64,000 nt of DNA from an uncultured delta proteobacterium (GTDB lineage Bacteria; Myxococcota_A; Polyangia; Fen-1088). The notes under the pieces are model-generated. The model was not told the DNA's origin. It worked only from the letters and a program-made list of their open reading frames with translations, and did not search any database. Shown in pieces: positions 60,999 through 64,000 of this stretch. Position 1 is the stretch's first letter. Each line of letters starts with the position of its first letter. The stretch is from positions 1 through 64,000 of the forward strand of contig CAVTRY010000006.1 of assembly GCA_963737265.1 (NCBI GenBank), written 5' to 3'. The position numbers and the translations under genes are program-made.

Positions 60999-63248
60999 AT
61001 GAAAGACGCAGCTCGCCCCATGCGGCAAAACGCCGGAGACATTTTGAGAGTCTCTGCCAGAATTCTTCTGTGTGCCGTCGGACTGGGCCTGGTCCTTACC
61101 TCGACGGTCTGGGGTGGTCAGCCGGCCTCCGAGCGCAGCACCGCCGATACCACCGAAGCCAATATCACGTTGGTGACGGCGGGATTCTTGGAACATTCGC
61201 AGCTTGCCCATCACCCGCTCGACACCGAGCTGGCGGGGAAGTTCCTGGATCGCTATCTCGACGACCTGGACGGCTCGCGGTCGCTGCTCTTGCAGTCTGA
61301 CGTCAAGGAATTCGCGGCGTATCGCGCGACCTTGGCCGAAGCCATCCACAAGAACGGCGACACCAGCGCGGCCCATGTCATCTTTGCCCGCTTTCTGGAG
61401 CGGCTCGGGCAACGAGCGGCCTACGTCACGAATCTGCTGCAGACCACGACGTTCGAGTTCACGGGACACGACGTCTACGCCCTCGATCGGGAAAAAGCAG
61501 AGCGACCGCGCGATTTGCAGGCCGCCCAGCAGATTTGGCGGCAGCAAATTCGCGCCGAGTATTTGCAGGAGAAACTGTCGGACAAGTCGCCCTCCGAGAT
61601 TGTGCGCACGCTCTTGCGCAGGAAAGCCCACCAGCTTGCAACCATGAAGGCCCTGCGTGGCAGCGAGGTGATCGAGATCTACTTGAATGCTCTGGCCCAC
61701 GTTTACGACCCGCACACGGACTATCTCGGGCATGAACAGATGGAAAGTCTGAACATCGCCATGAACCTCTCGCTCTTTGGCATCGGTGCGGCGCTAGAGA
61801 CCGACGATGGCTACTGCAAGATTCACCAGCTCTTGCCAGGTGGGCCCGCGTTGCGCAGCGGCCGGCTCAAACCCGGCGATCGCATTGTCGCCGTCGCGCA
61901 ATCCCACGAAGAGCCCGTGGACATCACGAGCATGCCGCTCTCGCGTACCGTGGAATTGATTCGGGGACCGAAGGGGAGCGCGGTGACGTTGACCATCCTT
62001 CCTGCGGGCGCCGCCGATGGTTCGCTTGCCAAGACCGTGTCGCTGGTACGTGACGAGATCAAGCTCGAAGACCAGCAGGCGAAGGCCCGCATCCTGGAAG
62101 TGCCGATGCAACCACATCGTACGCTTCGCCTTGGGGTCATCGACCTGCCCTCGTTTTACGCTGACATGGGCGGACGAAAGGGTGCCAAGCCTCGCAGCGC
62201 AACCGCGGATGTGGCGCGATTGCTGGCTAGATTGAAGAAGGAGCACGTGCGCGGCGTGGTGCTGGATCTGCGGGACGACGGCGGCGGGTCGCTGGAAGAA
62301 GCCATCAGCCTAACGGGGCTATTCATTCGGCAAGGCCCGGTGGTGCAGACGCGCGGCCTCGGGGGCGAGGTTGAAGTGGGCGCGGACCAGGATCCAAGCG
62401 TTCAATACGACGGGCCGCTGATTGTCCTGGCCAACCGATTCAGTGCTTCGGCGTCGGAAATCCTGGTGGGTGCCTTGCAGGACTATGGGCGCGCGGTGGT
62501 CGTGGGAGATTCCTCGACCTTCGGCAAGGGTACGGTGCAAAGCATTTTGCCGCTGGCGACGGTGATGGACAAAGCTGGCTTCGCGCACGCGTACGATCCC
62601 GGCGCGCTCAAGGTCACTATCAGCAAGTTCTATCGACCGGACGGCGCTTCGACCCAACTACGAGGCGTGGCATCCGACATCGTGCTGCCTTCTTCCAGTG
62701 ACTTTGCCGATGTGAACGAGTCGGCACTGAAAGACCCATTGCCGTGGGACGCTGTTCCCGCGGCGCCCCACGAACAACTGAATCGCGTGCAGCCCTATCT
62801 TGGTATCCTGCGGGAGAGATCCCTGCATCGGGTAGCCACGGAAAAGCCGTTCACCTATCTGGCCGAGGATGTGGCTCGGCTTAAGAAGAGTCTGGCCGAG
62901 AAATCGGTTTCGCTCGCCGAAGCCCTTCGCCGGCAGGAGATGGCGCAGCTCAAGGCCCGCCAAGCCGCGCGCAAACAAGAAGAGCTGGCCCATCCGATTT
63001 CCCAGCCCGTGACCTATGAGATCACGCTCAAGAACGTCTCCTCGCCCGGCTTGCCGCCGACCATGATACCCAAGCAAGGTGAAGACACGGCCGCGACAGC
63101 CGACCAATCGCCGGACAGCGACATCCTCTTGCATGAGACCATGAAGATCTTGGGGGACTATGTCGACCTTCTCGGCATCCAGCCCAAAGGCCCACGCCTC
63201 GCCGGCCCACGCGTCGGCCCGCCGCCTGCGGCTGCCTTCAGTCGCTGA
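60999..63248 (+). CDS. prc: Carboxy-terminal processing protease (Prc/Tsp, S41A)
   Basis: YDPHTDY, GIGA.L PDZ, IRGPKGS, LDLR..GGGSL, SASASEI, TFGKGTVQ, KFYR..G.STQ.RGV. Confidence 0.93.
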   Translation: MKDAARPMRQNAGDILRVSARILLCAVGLGLVLTSTVWGGQPASERSTADTTEANITLVTAGFLEHSQLAHHPLDTELAGKFLDRYLDDLDGSRSLLLQSDVKEFAAYRATLAEAIHKNGDTSAAHVIFARFLERLGQRAAYVTNLLQTTTFEFTGHDVYALDREKAERPRDLQAAQQIWRQQIRAEYLQEKLSDKSPSEIVRTLLRRKAHQLATMKALRGSEVIEIYLNALAHVYDPHTDYLGHEQMESLNIAMNLSLFGIGAALETDDGYCKIHQLLPGGPALRSGRLKPGDRIVAVAQSHEEPVDITSMPLSRTVELIRGPKGSAVTLTILPAGAADGSLAKTVSLVRDEIKLEDQQAKARILEVPMQPHRTLRLGVIDLPSFYADMGGRKGAKPRSATADVARLLARLKKEHVRGVVLDLRDDGGGSLEEAISLTGLFIRQGPVVQTRGLGGEVEVGADQDPSVQYDGPLIVLANRFSASASEILVGALQDYGRAVVVGDSSTFGKGTVQSILPLATVMDKAGFAHAYDPGALKVTISKFYRPDGASTQLRGVASDIVLPSSSDFADVNESALKDPLPWDAVPAAPHEQLNRVQPYLGILRERSLHRVATEKPFTYLAEDVARLKKSLAEKSVSLAEALRRQEMAQLKARQAARKQEELAHPISQPVTYEITLKNVSSPGLPPTMIPKQGEDTAATADQSPDSDILLHETMKILGDYVDLLGIQPKGPRLAGPRVGPPPAAAFSR

Positions 63249-63407
63249 AGACGTGTCCATCAATCGCTCCCGTCGCCCGTCCGGCTGCGCAGCCCGCCCG
63301 CTTCGTTGCTCCTCGCTTACAGAGCCCGCGCTATGCGCGCTCGTCGCGCCTCGCGGGCGGGCTTGCTCGCTCGGCCGGGGCTCGGTCTGCGATTGATAGA
63401 CACGTCT
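63249..63407 (-). mobile_element. 159-bp MITE, copy 2 (TGA target duplication at the prc stop codon)
   Basis: TGA|AGACGTGTCCATCAATCGC...GCGATTGATAGACACGTCT|TGA; near-exact reverse complement of 52491-52649. Confidence 0.92.
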
Positions 63408-63801
63408 TGACTGCGCCCGCGCGTTTTGTTGCCGCGGGCTCGATCAAAAAGACGCCGGGCTGCGGAGCCTTCACCGTTCTCGGCGCAAGTCTACCATGCT
63501 TCCCTCCGCCTCCTCATTGCCGCTATATCCCCTGATATCCCCGATATCCCAGGCAAGTCACGCTTCCGTCGGTGAGCGGCCCACAGGTGTCGGTGCGCCG
63601 CCCACAGAGCGTGAAACCCGCCAGCGGAAATTTGCTTCGCGTCGCGCCGGCCGCATCGCGCCATGCGGTAATCCTGCCCAGTCGATGGCCTGAGCTATTA
63701 TAGTGAGCGGATGCGCGGGCCTCGTCGGCACCGTCGCCTTAGCCGTGGCCATCGAGCGCGGCCTCCTGTAGAAGGGACTGCGCAACAGAGGAAAGCACGA
63801 G

Positions 63802-64000
63802 ATGTTGTTTGACTGTCGAATCCTTCGCCTTGGCACCCCCTTCCTGATCGCAATCCTCTTGGCCCTCGGAACCCTCGGGGCTTGCCGGCCCGTGGCGAAT
63901 CCGGGTCCGGCGGCGTCGGGTGGCGCGGGCGGCTCCAACAATGGCGGGCAAAGCAGCGGCGCGGCCAGCGGCGGCGCGCCCAGCGGCGGCGCGGCGGGCA
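63802..64000 (+). CDS. Lipoprotein with Gly/Ser-rich linker (runs off window end)
   Basis: MLFDCRILRLGTPFLIAILLALGTLGAC lipobox, then GGAGGSNNGG...; GAGGA RBS upstream. Confidence 0.7.
   Translation, partial: MLFDCRILRLGTPFLIAILLALGTLGACRPVANPGPAASGGAGGSNNGGQSSGAASGGAPSGGAAG

Noticed and set aside
60825-61733. 303-aa N-terminal extension of the 1801-aa Lhr ORF
   Set aside because: It is antisense to prc. Lhr similarity starts at MDERELDGFHP (60824).
63525-63550. Triple ATATCCCC-like tandem (and an 11-bp duplication near 3509-3533)
   Set aside because: Too short and without spacers; not a CRISPR or iteron array.

Overview
GC-rich bacterial chromosomal segment whose gene content (FHA/TPR proteins, PilZ, PhaR-N, Cys-rich lipoproteins, short OPX next to a putative beta-barrel) suggests a myxobacterium-like organism (inference). 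Bases 1-~2480 are a noisy reverse-complement copy of ~2480-4960, most likely a long-read fold-back artefact. Several single-base frameshifts (folK, wzy-like, PPTase, PCP gene, Gfo fragment) also look like sequencing errors. Main content: housekeeping and cofactor genes (folK, pdxA, slyD, folE, xth, mutY, lhr, an EF-G paralogue, a Prc protease), a complete sufBCDSU-sufT operon, a 1060-aa GH8 lipoprotein, and a Wzx/Wzy-type polysaccharide cluster (13.9-29.4 kb). The most notable items are: (1) an apparent single-chain FHA + polysaccharide co-polymerase + OPX/Wza fusion with no tyrosine kinase, flanked by a PPTase and a putative outer-membrane barrel gene; (2) a 159-bp MITE with terminal inverted repeats and a TCA/TGA target duplication, present in 2 full and 1 partial copies, one inserted in-frame inside a gene; (3) three unrecognised tandem modules in the GH8 protein. 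No rRNA, tRNA or CRISPR array was seen.
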